A DNA stretch of 64,000 nucleotides from Desulfobacterales bacterium (lineage in GTDB: Bacteria > Desulfobacterota > Desulfobacteria > Desulfobacterales > C00003060): contig JAUWXF010000001.1 in NCBI GenBank assembly GCA_030616475.1, positions 6,845 to 70,844 on the forward strand, written 5' to 3'. The stretch's first letter is position 1. Each line of letters opens with the position of its first letter. The notes below the pieces were generated by a model that searched no databases, had not been told where the DNA came from, and worked only from the letters and a program-made list of their open reading frames with translations. Position numbers and translations under genes: made by a program. Below, piece by piece: positions 53,564 to 63,305 of the stretch.

Positions 53564-54538
53564 GTGAACAGGTTACTCGGAGAAATATCGCGCAGGGACT
53601 TCATGAAGTACTGTGCAACCACTGCGGCCGTTTTGGGTCTTTCAGAGCTTGAGTTCGCAACCAGGGTTTCAGAAGTCCTGGCTGCCGCCCCCGCAAAGCC
53701 TCCTGTAATCTGGCTTGAAGGCCAGGATTGCGCCGGGTGCTCGATTTCATTTGCAGGCTCCCTTAACCCGCCCTTTGCTTCCATGATCCTGGACAGGGTA
53801 TCGGTCAGATATCACGAGACCATCATGGCGGCTTCAGGGCATGTGGCAGAGGCGGCATATCACGAAGCCGTTGAAGCAGGCGGCTTTGTATTGGGTGTGG
53901 AAGGATCGATCCCCACGGCCGATGACCGCTTTTGCATGGTAGGGGGTCGCCCCTTCAGGGAAATGGTAGAGGAGGCCGGGGCAAAGGCGGCCGCTATTAT
54001 TGCGGTTGGTGCGTGTGCCGCATACGGTGGCATCCCGGCAGCCGGCCCAACCGGTGCTGTCGGGGTCAGCAAGATCATTAAGGACAAACCGGTCATCAAT
54101 CTTCCCACCTGTCCGGTCCATTGCGATCACCTGATAGGTACCATCCTGTACTATCTAACCACCGGATCAGTTCCACCCCTTGACAAGTTGGGCCGTCCAA
54201 AGATGTATTTTGGGGAGCTTATCCATGACAACTGCAGGCGGCGATCCTATTTTGACAATGAGCAGTTCCTGACAGACTGGAACGATCCTGCCCAGAAGAA
54301 CTGGTGTCTATATGAAAAGGGCTGTAAAGGGCCTGACACCTATGCGGACTGCCCTGTGCGCAGGTGGAACGACGGGCTGAATTTTTGCATCGACTGCGGG
54401 GCCGGGTGCATGGGGTGTGCTGAGCCGGGATTTTATGCTGAGATGAGTCCTCTGTACACGGCAGAGAGCGAGCGGTCACTGAACATTATGGCTCGAAAAG
54501 CGGCCGGGTTGATTCCGCCGCTGAAAGAAAAGGTATGA
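53564..54538 (+). CDS. Periplasmic [NiFe] hydrogenase small subunit (Tat signal; GTG start)
   Basis: 324-aa ORF. The twin-arginine motif is SRRDFMKYCATTAAVLGL. EGQDCAGCSISF and further Cys ligands are present. The GTG lies 7 nt after AAGGAGG. No C-terminal membrane anchor is evident. Confidence 0.9.
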   Translation: MNRLLGEISRRDFMKYCATTAAVLGLSELEFATRVSEVLAAAPAKPPVIWLEGQDCAGCSISFAGSLNPPFASMILDRVSVRYHETIMAASGHVAEAAYHEAVEAGGFVLGVEGSIPTADDRFCMVGGRPFREMVEEAGAKAAAIIAVGACAAYGGIPAAGPTGAVGVSKIIKDKPVINLPTCPVHCDHLIGTILYYLTTGSVPPLDKLGRPKMYFGELIHDNCRRRSYFDNEQFLTDWNDPAQKNWCLYEKGCKGPDTYADCPVRRWNDGLNFCIDCGAGCMGCAEPGFYAEMSPLYTAESERSLNIMARKAAGLIPPLKEKV

Positions 54539-54554
54539 AAGGAGGTGGTAAAAG

Positions 54555-56117
54555 ATGGGAAAGAAAATAGTTGTTGATCCGGTAACAAGGATTGAGGGAC
54601 ACCTCAAGATAACAGTTGAAGTCGAAAACGGTAAGGTCAAAGATGCCTGGAGCAGCGGCACCATGGCGCGCGGCATTGAGGCCCTTCTTCAGGGGAAAGA
54701 CCCGAGAGATGCCCCTTTTGTAACCAGCCGCTTATGCGGTGTATGCTACAGTGTTCACCAACTTACGGGGTGCTATGCGCTGGATGAAGCCTTTGGGGCC
54801 AGGGTGCCCTGGGGCGGTACGCTCCTGAGGAATCTGGCCATGGGTGCCCAGTATATCTATGACCATGTTCTCCATTTTTACCACCTCAGCGCCCTTGACT
54901 ATATCGATATCATGGCCGTAGCCGCGTATAAGGGCAAGGACAAGGCCCTGATCGCGGTAAAGGACAAGATAGTCGGCCTGGTCAAGGCAAAGGACACCTT
55001 CCCCCTCACACCCCGGTATAAACCGGACGAATTCTGTGTGACGGACCCGGAAATGGTGATTTCAGCAGTCAAGCACTATATAGACGCCCTTTCCGTGCAT
55101 GCCAAGGCCCGGAATATGGGCGCCATCTTTGGAGGCAGGCAGCCGCACTACCAGAGTATTGTGGTGGGTGGTTTTACACAGTTGCCCGACGTCAACCAGG
55201 TGGCTATGTTCCGCGCTATGCTTGATGAGCAGGCTAAGTTTGTCAACGATGTTTATATCCCGGACGTACTTGCCTTCGGGATGGGCCCGCTCTTCCCCCT
55301 GGCCAAGGCAGGCTTGGGCGGGGGCCATTACAACTATCTCTCTTATGGAGCGTTTGCCTTGGATAAGGCGGGTAAAGAGCAGGTTTTTCCGCCAGGGGTT
55401 ATCGTGGGCTTGAACCCTGCCAACATCAAGGTTGATCGATTTGATCCCAACAAGGTCACCGAATCGGTAAAATATGGCTGGTATAAGAAAGATAAACCCC
55501 GGCATCCGTACAAGGGGAAGCAGGTATTTGATCTTGACAAGAAGGACGCCTATTCTTTTGTCAAGGCCCCTCGCTATAAGGGCAAGCCCATGGAGGTTGG
55601 GCCGCTGGCACGGATGCTAATAGCCAAGAATCCGGATGTCCTGGGATTGGTAGCAAAGGGTGTAAAACCGGGTGTGGTCGCGCGTCATGCGGCCCGCGCC
55701 ATTGAGACCAAACTGGTCGTGGATGCTTGCTACAAGTGGTTGGATGAACTCCTTTCGGAAATGACCAAGCCGGGATTCAAGATCCACGATACAGCGCACT
55801 GGGAGCCTCCGAATACTGGTATGGGTGCCGGATTCTATGAGGCACCGCGCGGTGCACTGGGTCACTGGGTTAAGATCAAGGACAAAAAAACCGCCAACTA
55901 TCAAATGGTAGTCCCTTCGACCTGGAACGCATCACCCAGGTGTGAGAAAAAGCTGAGGGGGCCATATGAAGAAGCCTTGATAGGCGCGCCGGTACCAGAC
56001 CCGGACAATCCGATCAATGTGGTGCGCATAGTCCGTTCCTTTGATCCCTGTCTGGCGTGTGCCATCCACCTAATCGATCCAAAGACTAACGAAATCAAGA
56101 AATTCCTTGTAGAATGA
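54555..56117 (+). CDS. [NiFe] hydrogenase large subunit
   Basis: 520-aa ORF with N-terminal RLCGVCYSVH and C-terminal DPCLACAIH Ni-binding motifs (Cys, not Sec). Confidence 0.95.
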   Translation: MGKKIVVDPVTRIEGHLKITVEVENGKVKDAWSSGTMARGIEALLQGKDPRDAPFVTSRLCGVCYSVHQLTGCYALDEAFGARVPWGGTLLRNLAMGAQYIYDHVLHFYHLSALDYIDIMAVAAYKGKDKALIAVKDKIVGLVKAKDTFPLTPRYKPDEFCVTDPEMVISAVKHYIDALSVHAKARNMGAIFGGRQPHYQSIVVGGFTQLPDVNQVAMFRAMLDEQAKFVNDVYIPDVLAFGMGPLFPLAKAGLGGGHYNYLSYGAFALDKAGKEQVFPPGVIVGLNPANIKVDRFDPNKVTESVKYGWYKKDKPRHPYKGKQVFDLDKKDAYSFVKAPRYKGKPMEVGPLARMLIAKNPDVLGLVAKGVKPGVVARHAARAIETKLVVDACYKWLDELLSEMTKPGFKIHDTAHWEPPNTGMGAGFYEAPRGALGHWVKIKDKKTANYQMVVPSTWNASPRCEKKLRGPYEEALIGAPVPDPDNPINVVRIVRSFDPCLACAIHLIDPKTNEIKKFLVE

Positions 56118-56284
56118 TCGGTATTGACCAATTTGATACCTCTGAACGAGTTAACACCTCCTCCCAAACCCTCCTTGAAGGGGAGGGCAGGGTGGGGGTG
56201 AAAAAAGCAAATCCCTATGCAATCGACTTGGGCGGGGGCAGCAATGTCCCCCCAAAAAACTCAACGTGTGGTTACTTGGAAAAT

Positions 56285-56391
56285 TCCCCCTAACCCCCCT
56301 TCCCGCCTGCCAACGCCACGTAGGGCATGCAGCTTACATGCAAGCGTACCTGGCAATGGCGGGCAGGTCCAAAAGGGGGGAGGGGGGGATT
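56285..56391. repeat. Long hairpin (C-rich arm / family-6 core / G-rich arm) between the hydrogenase large subunit and the protease gene
   Basis: TCCCCCTAACCCCCCTTCCCGCCTGCC ... GGCGGGCAGGTCCAAAAGGGGGGAGGGGGGGAT. Confidence 0.7.
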
Positions 56392-56411
56392 TTAATGGTG
56401 TTGCTACGATT

Positions 56412-56891
56412 ATGAATGTACCAACCGCACAGGTCGAAAAAATTGTCGTCTTAGGGGTAGGCAACCTGCTATTGTCTGACGAAGGCGTAGGTGTGCATGT
56501 GGCCAATAAGATGATGGAGATGAACCTGCCTGCCGGCGTAGAGGTAGTGGAGGGGGGAACCGATGGTTTTGGGCTCATGAATGTTGTAACAGGAGCAGAA
56601 CGGGTTATAGTCGTTGATGCGGTAAAGGCCGGGGGGGCCCCTGGTTCGATCTACCGGTTTGACATCAAGGATGCGCCTTCATATCCTGATGCTTATAAGA
56701 CCTCGGTTCACCAGATTGGGATTCTGGAGGTAGTTCACCTCTCAGAACTCATCGGCCAGACCCCTGAAACCACGATCATCGGGGTTGAACCCAAATCCCT
56801 GGACATGGGCATGGAACTCTCACCCGAGGTGCAGGCCAAGCTTCCAAGGATTATCGAACTGGTCCTGGACGAGGTCAAGCGCCCTGCGTGA
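56412..56891 (+). CDS. Hydrogenase maturation endopeptidase (HyaD/HybD-type)
   Basis: The track ORF starts at 56217, but 56217..56411 is repeat DNA. The in-frame ATG at 56412 gives MNVPTAQVEKIVVLGVGNLLLSDEGVGVHV.., typical of this protease family. Confidence 0.8.
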   Translation: MNVPTAQVEKIVVLGVGNLLLSDEGVGVHVANKMMEMNLPAGVEVVEGGTDGFGLMNVVTGAERVIVVDAVKAGGAPGSIYRFDIKDAPSYPDAYKTSVHQIGILEVVHLSELIGQTPETTIIGVEPKSLDMGMELSPEVQAKLPRIIELVLDEVKRPA

Positions 56892-56955
56892 AACTTCGCT
56901 GGAGCAGCGGAGCATACGAACAGTCAGCGTAGAACTAGAGCATAAGAAAACAAGA

Positions 56956-57978
56956 TTAACAAATGCGCGGAAGCTGTTCTCCTGTAAGCATGTCCACGAT
57001 CCGGCTTCCTCCGATACGCGTTTTCATAAAGACCTTGCCGGGCGAATCGGCAACGACCTCCCCTATGATGCAGGCGTCTTTTCCGTATTTGCTCGCTTTA
57101 ATCGTCTCCAATACCTTTTCCGCATGATTTGGTCCCACAAAGGCAAGGAGTTTTCCCTCATTGCCGATATAAAGGGGATCAAATCCCAGAAGTTCACATA
57201 TTCCTGAAACTTCTTCTCGGATGGGCAAGGCTTCCTCGTAGATCTTTATTCCCACCTTTGACTGGGCGGCAATCTCGTTCAGCGAGGTTCCCACACCCCC
57301 GCGGGTCGGATCCCTCAGGGCATGAATTTGGTCGCTTGCACCGATCATTTTGCGTACCATGTGGTTTAAGGGGGCAGTATCGCTTCGTATCGGGGATTCA
57401 AAGGTCATCCCTTCCCTTTGGGTCAACACGGTAATGCCGTGATCGGCAATAGTTCCACTGATGATAACCATGTCTCCAGGACGGGCGTTATGCGCGGAAA
57501 TATTTATCCCCTCTGGGATGAGCCCGATCCCGGAGGTGTTGATAAATATCTTGTCTGCTGCCCCGTTCGGCACCACCTTGGTATCGCCGGTGACAATCAG
57601 AACATCGGCCTTTATTGCCGCTTCCTTCATCGCTCTGAGTATCTTTTTCAAGTCAGCTAAAGAAAAGCCTTCTTCGATGATCAACCCTACGCTCAGATAA
57701 AGGGGGGTTGCCCCGCACATGGCAAGATCGTTTACCGTGCCGTTGACGGCAAGGTGTCCGATGTTTCCACCCGGAAAAAAAATCGGATCAACCACATAGG
57801 TGTCGGTCGAAAAGGCGAGCCGCTTTCCTTCAATATCAAGGACGGCGCTGTCATTGAGTTCCGCAAGGATCGGGTTGTCGAACTCGGGGACCAAAAGATC
57901 GGCTATCAGGCTATGAGATGCCTTTCCTCCACTCCCGTGATCCAGAAGAATCTTATCCGTGCTCATGGGTAAATCCAT
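56956..57978 (-). CDS. hypE: Hydrogenase maturation protein HypE
   Basis: 340-aa ORF with ..DHGSGGK.. and the C-terminal PRIC motif, next to hypA/hypD. Confidence 0.9.
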   Translation of the reverse strand: MDLPMSTDKILLDHGSGGKASHSLIADLLVPEFDNPILAELNDSAVLDIEGKRLAFSTDTYVVDPIFFPGGNIGHLAVNGTVNDLAMCGATPLYLSVGLIIEEGFSLADLKKILRAMKEAAIKADVLIVTGDTKVVPNGAADKIFINTSGIGLIPEGINISAHNARPGDMVIISGTIADHGITVLTQREGMTFESPIRSDTAPLNHMVRKMIGASDQIHALRDPTRGGVGTSLNEIAAQSKVGIKIYEEALPIREEVSGICELLGFDPLYIGNEGKLLAFVGPNHAEKVLETIKASKYGKDACIIGEVVADSPGKVFMKTRIGGSRIVDMLTGEQLPRIC

Positions 57979-57986
57979 ACTATTCC

Positions 57987-58328
57987 TTACTCAGCCTCGA
58001 TATGGGTTATTTGAAGCTCTTTTCCCGAGATGATTTCACTGGCAATCCCCCCACATTCGGGACAGAGAAAAAAGAAGCTATCCACTTCAAAGTCTGTGTT
58101 GCAATTATGACATCGTCCCCTGGCAGGTACAACCTCTATGTCAAGTCCGGCCCCTTCAGCTACAGTCCTCTCTGAGATCACCTGAAAAGAAAAGGTCAGG
58201 GCCTCAGGAACAATGGCGGAAAGGGTCCCTATCCGGACACACACTCGGGTAACCCGGGAGACCCCGTGTTTTTTGCTTTCATCTTCGACGATCTTGAGCA
58301 GGCTTTGGGCAATGGAAAGTTCATGCAT
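57987..58328 (-). CDS. hypA: Hydrogenase nickel-insertion protein HypA
   Basis: The internal start MHELSIAQSLL.. gives 113 aa with CHNC..CPEC zinc motifs. The longer track ORF (to 58532) would overlap hypD. Confidence 0.85.
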   Translation of the reverse strand: MHELSIAQSLLKIVEDESKKHGVSRVTRVCVRIGTLSAIVPEALTFSFQVISERTVAEGAGLDIEVVPARGRCHNCNTDFEVDSFFFLCPECGGIASEIISGKELQITHIEAE

Positions 58329-59403
58329 GGTACTTATAATACGCAGCGCACGTTCCCTCGGTTGAAACCATACAGGGGCCCACGGGACAGCTCGGTGTGC
58401 AGGCCGTTTTGTACAGAGGACACTCCGGCGGGGTCTTGAGCCCCATGAGTATCTCACCACAGGCACACCCTTTTGGTTCTCTTGAATCAGGGACTGAAAG
58501 ATCAAACCTTTTTTCTGCGTCGAAGCGATCAAATTCCCTTCGGATCTTGAGTCCGCTTTGCGGGATCATCCCGATTCCGCGCCAGGCAGCATCAATCGGC
58601 TCAAAGACCTGATACATGATTTGTGTGGCCTTTTCGTTCCCTTCAAAAGTCACTGCCCGGCGGTATGCGTTTTCCAGTTTCGCATCTTCCACCTCGATCT
58701 GTCTTACCAGCATATAGATGGCCTGCAACATATCCGCCGGTTGAAACCCTGAGACAACGCAAGAGGTACGGTACGTTTCAACCACCGGAAGGTAGGCCCT
58801 GGTCCCGATAATCACGGAAACGTGGCCCGGACAGATAAAGCCGTCAATTTTCACGTCATCTGCTGCCACGAGGGCGGCCAGTGCCGGGGGGACCAGCTTG
58901 TGAGCGGAAAGTACGGAAAAGTTTTTTAATTTCCGCTTTTCTGCTTCCACTATTGAGGCGGCAATTGTAGGGGCAGTAGTTTCGAATCCCACGCCAAGGA
59001 AGGCCACCTCTTTTTGAGGATTTTTCTGAGCAATATCAAGGGCGTCAAATGCCGAGTAGACGATGCGAATCTCCTTCCCCTCGGCCCGTTCTTTTTGCAA
59101 TGAAGAATGGGTGCCGGGGACCCTCATAAGGTCCCCAAATGTGGCCACTATGACATCTTTTATTCCGGTCAGTTTGATAAAGGTATCGACCTCTTGCTGA
59201 GAGGTTACGCATACAGGACAGCCCGGTCCTGAAAGGAGCGTAATAGTTTCTGGCAGCAGTGCCCGGATGCCGCTCCGAAAGATGGCCATGGTGTGTGTCC
59301 CGCATACCTCCATCAATCTGACTTTTCTCCGGCTTGTTGCCTTGATCTTGTCTACTATTCTGCGGGAGAGTCCTGGGTCCCGGTATTCGTTTATATACTT
59401 CAT
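58321..59403 (-). CDS. hypD: Hydrogenase maturation protein HypD
   Basis: 360-aa ORF: MKYINEYRDP.., CGTHT, GPGCPVCV, FETT, PGHVS. Confidence 0.9.
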   Translation of the reverse strand: MKYINEYRDPGLSRRIVDKIKATSRRKVRLMEVCGTHTMAIFRSGIRALLPETITLLSGPGCPVCVTSQQEVDTFIKLTGIKDVIVATFGDLMRVPGTHSSLQKERAEGKEIRIVYSAFDALDIAQKNPQKEVAFLGVGFETTAPTIAASIVEAEKRKLKNFSVLSAHKLVPPALAALVAADDVKIDGFICPGHVSVIIGTRAYLPVVETYRTSCVVSGFQPADMLQAIYMLVRQIEVEDAKLENAYRRAVTFEGNEKATQIMYQVFEPIDAAWRGIGMIPQSGLKIRREFDRFDAEKRFDLSVPDSREPKGCACGEILMGLKTPPECPLYKTACTPSCPVGPCMVSTEGTCAAYYKYHA

Positions 59404-59406
59404 ATT

Positions 59407-59618
59407 CGATTGTTGATTGTTGATTGTTGATTGTTGATTGTCGATCGTTTTTTCCTCTGTGCCGTCTTCCTTGTTGTAATGAAAATTGATGATAGCTCAT
59501 GCGCTTCATTGAAGAGAGGAAGAACCCTTTTTCTTTCCATCAATTCTTCATCCATAATCCAGACAATCACCAATCACCAATCACCAATCATCAATCGTCA
59601 ATCACCAATCATCAATCC
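59407..59618. repeat. Stutter-hairpin element between hypF and hypD (GATTGTTGATTG x5 arm / CAATCACCAATC arm)
   Basis: CGATTGTTGATTGTTGATTGTTGATTGTTGATTGTCGATCG (59407..59447) faces CAATCACCAATCACCAATCACCAATCATCAATCGTCAATCACCAATCATCAATCC (59564..59618). The right arm runs into the hypF stop codon. Confidence 0.8.
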
Positions 59619-61921
59619 AAAGATTTGGCAATAGCGGCCGCCACAGCCGCCTGTCCCAAAGAGATCCCTCCGTCGTTGCACGGAACAACACAATGGGTGA
59701 AGACCTGAAAATGTTTTTCTTCCAGGGCCTTTTTCAGGCCGGCTAATAAGATCGCGTTTTGAAAGACCCCGCCGCTTAAGACCACATGATCCAGATCGGT
59801 CTCTTGACGCAGAACTGTGCAAAGGTCGGAAAACAATCGGATCAGGGTCATGTGAAATTTGCTGCTGATATCAGACACCTCAAGGCCATTTTCCATATCC
59901 CTTACCACACCGCGTACAATCGGGCCAACCAGCACCTGGTACGACTCTTTTCCCAGTTCCCATTCATAGTCATAAGATTCCTCTGTCTCTTCGCGTATTG
60001 CCATCTCCAGTTCCATGGCGGCCTGTCCTTCGTAAGCCACCTTCTTTCTGATACCGAGTATCGCAGCGATTCCGTCAAAAAGACGGCCGAGGCTGGAGGT
60101 TTGAGGAGCGTTGACCTTTTTGGAGATCATGTGCATGATAATTTTGATCTTTTCTTTCTCAAGACCCTGAAAGAGAGGAAGCTTCAGGCCGAGGAACCCT
60201 TCTCCAAAGGCATCGTAAAGGTAACTGATGGCCATTCGCCACGGCTCTCTAATTGCTGCTGCGCCACCCGGCATTGGGAGATACGCAAGATGGGCCGCAC
60301 GCGTAAATTGATGTGCTTCAGCGATCAGCACCTCTCCTCCCCAGATGCGACCGTCTGTTCCATAGCCTGTTCCATCAAAAGAAAGTCCCAGGACCGGCCC
60401 GTCCAACCTATTTTCCACCATACAGCTTACGATGTGTGCATGGTGATGTTGCACGGCGATATTTTTTATGCCTTTTTGTTCTTCTGCGTAGCGGGTGCTG
60501 AGATAATCAGGGTGAAGGTCGCAGGCCACGATCTGGGGATCAATGTCAAGAATTCGTTTCATATGTCGTACCGTCATCTCAAAAAACCGATATGTCTCAA
60601 GGTTTTCCAGATCCCCTATGTGCTGGCTGAGAAAGGCATTCTTTCCCTTGGTGAGGCAGACCGTATTTTTCAGTTCCGCGCCGCACGCAAGTATCTGCGG
60701 ACCCTTTTCTTTAAGGAAAATAGGGATCGGGATGTAGCCTCTTGATCGGCGAATAAATCGGGTTGCTCGGCCCACCCTCCTGACGATGGAATCGTCGCTG
60801 CGCAGATAGATGTCCCGGTTGTGGACCAGGAAATAATCGGCAATGGCGCCAAGGCGTTCAAATGCCTCCTCATTATCAATAGCGATCGGTTCCTCTCTTA
60901 TGTTTCCGCTGGTCATGACCAGTGCTGTGAAATCATAGCTCAAAAGGAGATAATGAAGCGGGGTATATGGAAGCATGACCCCGAAGTTTATATTGTGCGG
61001 CGAGATTTCATGGGAAAGCGGATTCGAATTCCTTTTTTTTACCAGCACGATTGGACGCTGTGGCGAGGTTAGAAGAACCTCTTCGTCCGGTTCGATGTAG
61101 GCATATCCACGGACCCGGTCAATGTCGTAAGACATCAGGGCGAGCGGTTTTTCTTCCCGGTGTTTCCTTTGCCTTAGACGGACGACCGCATCACTATTTT
61201 CGGCATCCACGGCCAGGTGGAATCCACCCAAACCTTTTATTGCAACAATATGGCCTTTTTTCAGAAGCTCTGCTGTCCTTTTGATGGGGTCTCGGGATAG
61301 AACATGAGTGCGACCGTTGTCATAAAGGGCGACGTTTGGGCCACAGACCGCACAGGCGTTCGGTTGGGTATGAAACCTGCGATCTGCCGGATCATCATAT
61401 TCTTTCTGGCATGGCTGACACATTGTGAAACGTTTCATGGAGGTGTTTGGCCGGTCGTAGGGGATATCGTCTATGATGGTATAGCGAGGGCCGCAGTTGG
61501 TACAGTTGATGAAAGGATATTGATAACGGCGGTCTGTTGGATCAAACAGCTCCCGAAGACAATCATCGCATATAGCCGTATCCGGTGAAATCAGTGCCCA
61601 TCGAGAAGATTGGCGTTTACTCGGCTCTATGGTAAATTCCGTATAGTTCCTGGCCGGTTCATAAGAAGTTGAAACTTCGGTAATGTGGGCAAGAGGCGGG
61701 CTCTTTTCGGCAAGATCCCGGATAAAGGCCTGAAGCTTTTCTTCGCTACCCTCAATATGGATGGTTACTCCGGAAGAGGTATTGGAAACCTCTCCTTTAA
61801 GCCCGTATTGGTGTGCCAGTTGATAGACAAAAGGGCGAAACCCAACCCCCTGCACGATACCATTTACCGCCAGTCTTCGTCCAACTATAGGTTCTTCCGG
61901 GGTGACACGGTATTTCATCAT
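59612..61921 (-). CDS. hypF: Carbamoyltransferase HypF
   Basis: 769-aa ORF with an acylphosphatase-like N-terminus, zinc-finger motifs (CDDCLREL..CTNCGPRY, CQPCQKEY..CAVCGP) and a YrdC/Kae1-like remainder. Confidence 0.95.
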   Translation of the reverse strand: MMKYRVTPEEPIVGRRLAVNGIVQGVGFRPFVYQLAHQYGLKGEVSNTSSGVTIHIEGSEEKLQAFIRDLAEKSPPLAHITEVSTSYEPARNYTEFTIEPSKRQSSRWALISPDTAICDDCLRELFDPTDRRYQYPFINCTNCGPRYTIIDDIPYDRPNTSMKRFTMCQPCQKEYDDPADRRFHTQPNACAVCGPNVALYDNGRTHVLSRDPIKRTAELLKKGHIVAIKGLGGFHLAVDAENSDAVVRLRQRKHREEKPLALMSYDIDRVRGYAYIEPDEEVLLTSPQRPIVLVKKRNSNPLSHEISPHNINFGVMLPYTPLHYLLLSYDFTALVMTSGNIREEPIAIDNEEAFERLGAIADYFLVHNRDIYLRSDDSIVRRVGRATRFIRRSRGYIPIPIFLKEKGPQILACGAELKNTVCLTKGKNAFLSQHIGDLENLETYRFFEMTVRHMKRILDIDPQIVACDLHPDYLSTRYAEEQKGIKNIAVQHHHAHIVSCMVENRLDGPVLGLSFDGTGYGTDGRIWGGEVLIAEAHQFTRAAHLAYLPMPGGAAAIREPWRMAISYLYDAFGEGFLGLKLPLFQGLEKEKIKIIMHMISKKVNAPQTSSLGRLFDGIAAILGIRKKVAYEGQAAMELEMAIREETEESYDYEWELGKESYQVLVGPIVRGVVRDMENGLEVSDISSKFHMTLIRLFSDLCTVLRQETDLDHVVLSGGVFQNAILLAGLKKALEEKHFQVFTHCVVPCNDGGISLGQAAVAAAIAKSLD

Positions 61922-61988
61922 TTGTAACGGTTCCCTATGCTATGATATGTACTACAATCTTTCTAAGTTTGTGGAACCGCTGTCTTAA

Positions 61989-62206
61989 ACCCGAAATCCG
62001 AATATCGTACTGTTCTCAAGGCGTGAGCCGCAAATGCGAAACAAATCCGACACGAAGTGATGCCTGCGCTCAATTCAAATTTCAAATTTTCAAAACGTTT
62101 ACTCTGTGTGCTATAGTTTTCGTGATTTGTATTTGTTTAATGTCTTGGGTTTGATATTTTGGTCATTTGATATTGTTTCGAATTTCGTGCTTCGAATTTC
62201 GTATTT
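61989..62206. repeat. Roughly 220-bp composite repeat element, copy 2
   Basis: Aligns with 40725..40941: CCGAAATCCGAATATCGTACTGTTCTCAAGGCGTGAGCCGCAAATGCGAAACAAATCCGACACGAAGTGATGCCTGCGCTCAATTCAAAT ... TTTTGGTCATTTGATATTGTTTCGAATTTCGTGCTTCGAATTTCG. Confidence 0.85.
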
Positions 62207-62271
62207 TCATGGTTGCGTCATTGTGGCTCACAAATAACTCTCTCGGACATCACAGATTAGCGATCCATGTC

Positions 62272-62919
62272 TCATGTCTTAATATGGTCTGAAACCCATT
62301 GGAACCAGTTATGAAGTCCCTCTTTTGTCTGGCAGGAGATTTCAAAGATCGCAATGTTGGGGTTGATCTTTAAGACCGTCTCGCGAATCTTGTTCATATC
62401 ACAATTCACATAGGGCAGAAGATCGATCTTGTTAATCAGGAGGACAGATGCCTCGTGAAACATCAGGGGATATTTTTCCGGTTTGTCATCCCCTTCGGCG
62501 ACGCTCAATATCATCACCTTGTAATTCTCACCCAGATCAAATTCTGCAGGGCAGACTAGGTTTCCCACATTTTCGATAAACAGGAGATCTGTTTCTTCAA
62601 TGTTGATAGCGGGAAGGGCAGCTTTTATCATGTTTGCGTCCAGGTGGCACGCACCGTCCGTATTGATCTGTACGGCGACGGCTCCTGCCCGGAGGATTCT
62701 TTCAGCGTCTGCCGAAGACTGGATGTCTCCTTCAATGACTCCAATACGGATTGTTTCCTTCAGATGTCCGATGGTATGTTCCAGCAATGCGGTCTTCCCG
62801 GCCCCAGGCGCACTCGTAAGGTTGAGGACCAGAAGGTTGTTTTTCCGAAACAACTCCCTGTGTTCGTTCGCAATACGATCGTTGACCTCAAGAATGTCGC
62901 GTACAACAGGTATTTTCAA
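62272..62919 (-). CDS. hypB: Hydrogenase nickel-incorporation GTPase HypB
   Basis: 215-aa ORF with P-loop SAPGAGKT, ENVGNLVCP and NKIDL motifs. Confidence 0.9.
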   Translation of the reverse strand: MKIPVVRDILEVNDRIANEHRELFRKNNLLVLNLTSAPGAGKTALLEHTIGHLKETIRIGVIEGDIQSSADAERILRAGAVAVQINTDGACHLDANMIKAALPAINIEETDLLFIENVGNLVCPAEFDLGENYKVMILSVAEGDDKPEKYPLMFHEASVLLINKIDLLPYVNCDMNKIRETVLKINPNIAIFEISCQTKEGLHNWFQWVSDHIKT

Positions 62920-62933
62920 AGTAAAACCCCCTT

Positions 62934-63008
62934 CAATTGACTATTGACTATTGACGATTGAAGATTGATTTCTGATTCCCTTTCGATTGTCACTTGTCAA
63001 TAGTCAAT
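62934..63008. repeat. Stutter-hairpin element (GATTGAC family) between hypC and hypB
   Basis: CAATTGACTATTGACTATTGACGATTGAAGATTGAT faces GATTGTCACTTGTCAATAGTCAATATTCAATT. Confidence 0.75.
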
Positions 63009-63015
63009 ATTCAAT

Positions 63016-63234
63016 TCATTGTGCTGCTGCCAATTCTCGAAGGAGCCTAAGAGATTCTTGCGCTTCTTCCGGATCTACCCTGTGTATGGCAAACCCTGCA
63101 TGAACAATGACGTAATCTCCCAGAACCACATCAGTAACGAGCATAAGAGAGGCAGAACGTGTTACACCGCCAACCTTGATTGTGGCCATATCACCATCGA
63201 TTTTCGTTACTTTTGCAGGTATGGCAAGACACAT
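63016..63234 (-). CDS. hypC: Hydrogenase assembly chaperone HypC
   Basis: 72-aa ORF starting MCLAIPAKV.., typical of HypC/HupF. Confidence 0.9.
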   Translation of the reverse strand: MCLAIPAKVTKIDGDMATIKVGGVTRSASLMLVTDVVLGDYVIVHAGFAIHRVDPEEAQESLRLLRELAAAQ

Positions 63235-63237
63235 TAG

Positions 63238-63273
63238 ACGTTTCGGAATTTCTACAACTTATTGAACTTATAG
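63238..63273 (-). promoter_or_regulatory. Motif A copy, 3 nt upstream of the hypC ATG
   Basis: ACGTTTCGGAATTTCTACAACTTATTGAACTTATAG. No Shine-Dalgarno sequence lies between the motif and the ATG. Confidence 0.45.
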
Positions 63274-63305
63274 CACATCATTAACCTGGCTGCAGTCTCA
63301 AGAAA

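Noticed and set aside
56217-56411. N-terminal extension of the hydrogenase protease
   Set aside because: This region is C-rich/G-rich hairpin repeat DNA. The family-typical N-terminus begins at ATG 56412.
58329-58532. Long form of HypA starting at 58532
   Set aside because: The extension overlaps the 3' end of hypD in another frame and has no HypA-like sequence. The canonical MHELSIAQSLL start is at 58328.
59407-59618. Possible CRISPR array (also 34021..34132, 50900..50997, 62934..63008)
   Set aside because: The repeat units are only 6-12 nt, degenerate and contiguous, without 25-40-nt unique spacers. The two halves are inverted relative to each other. No cas genes are present.
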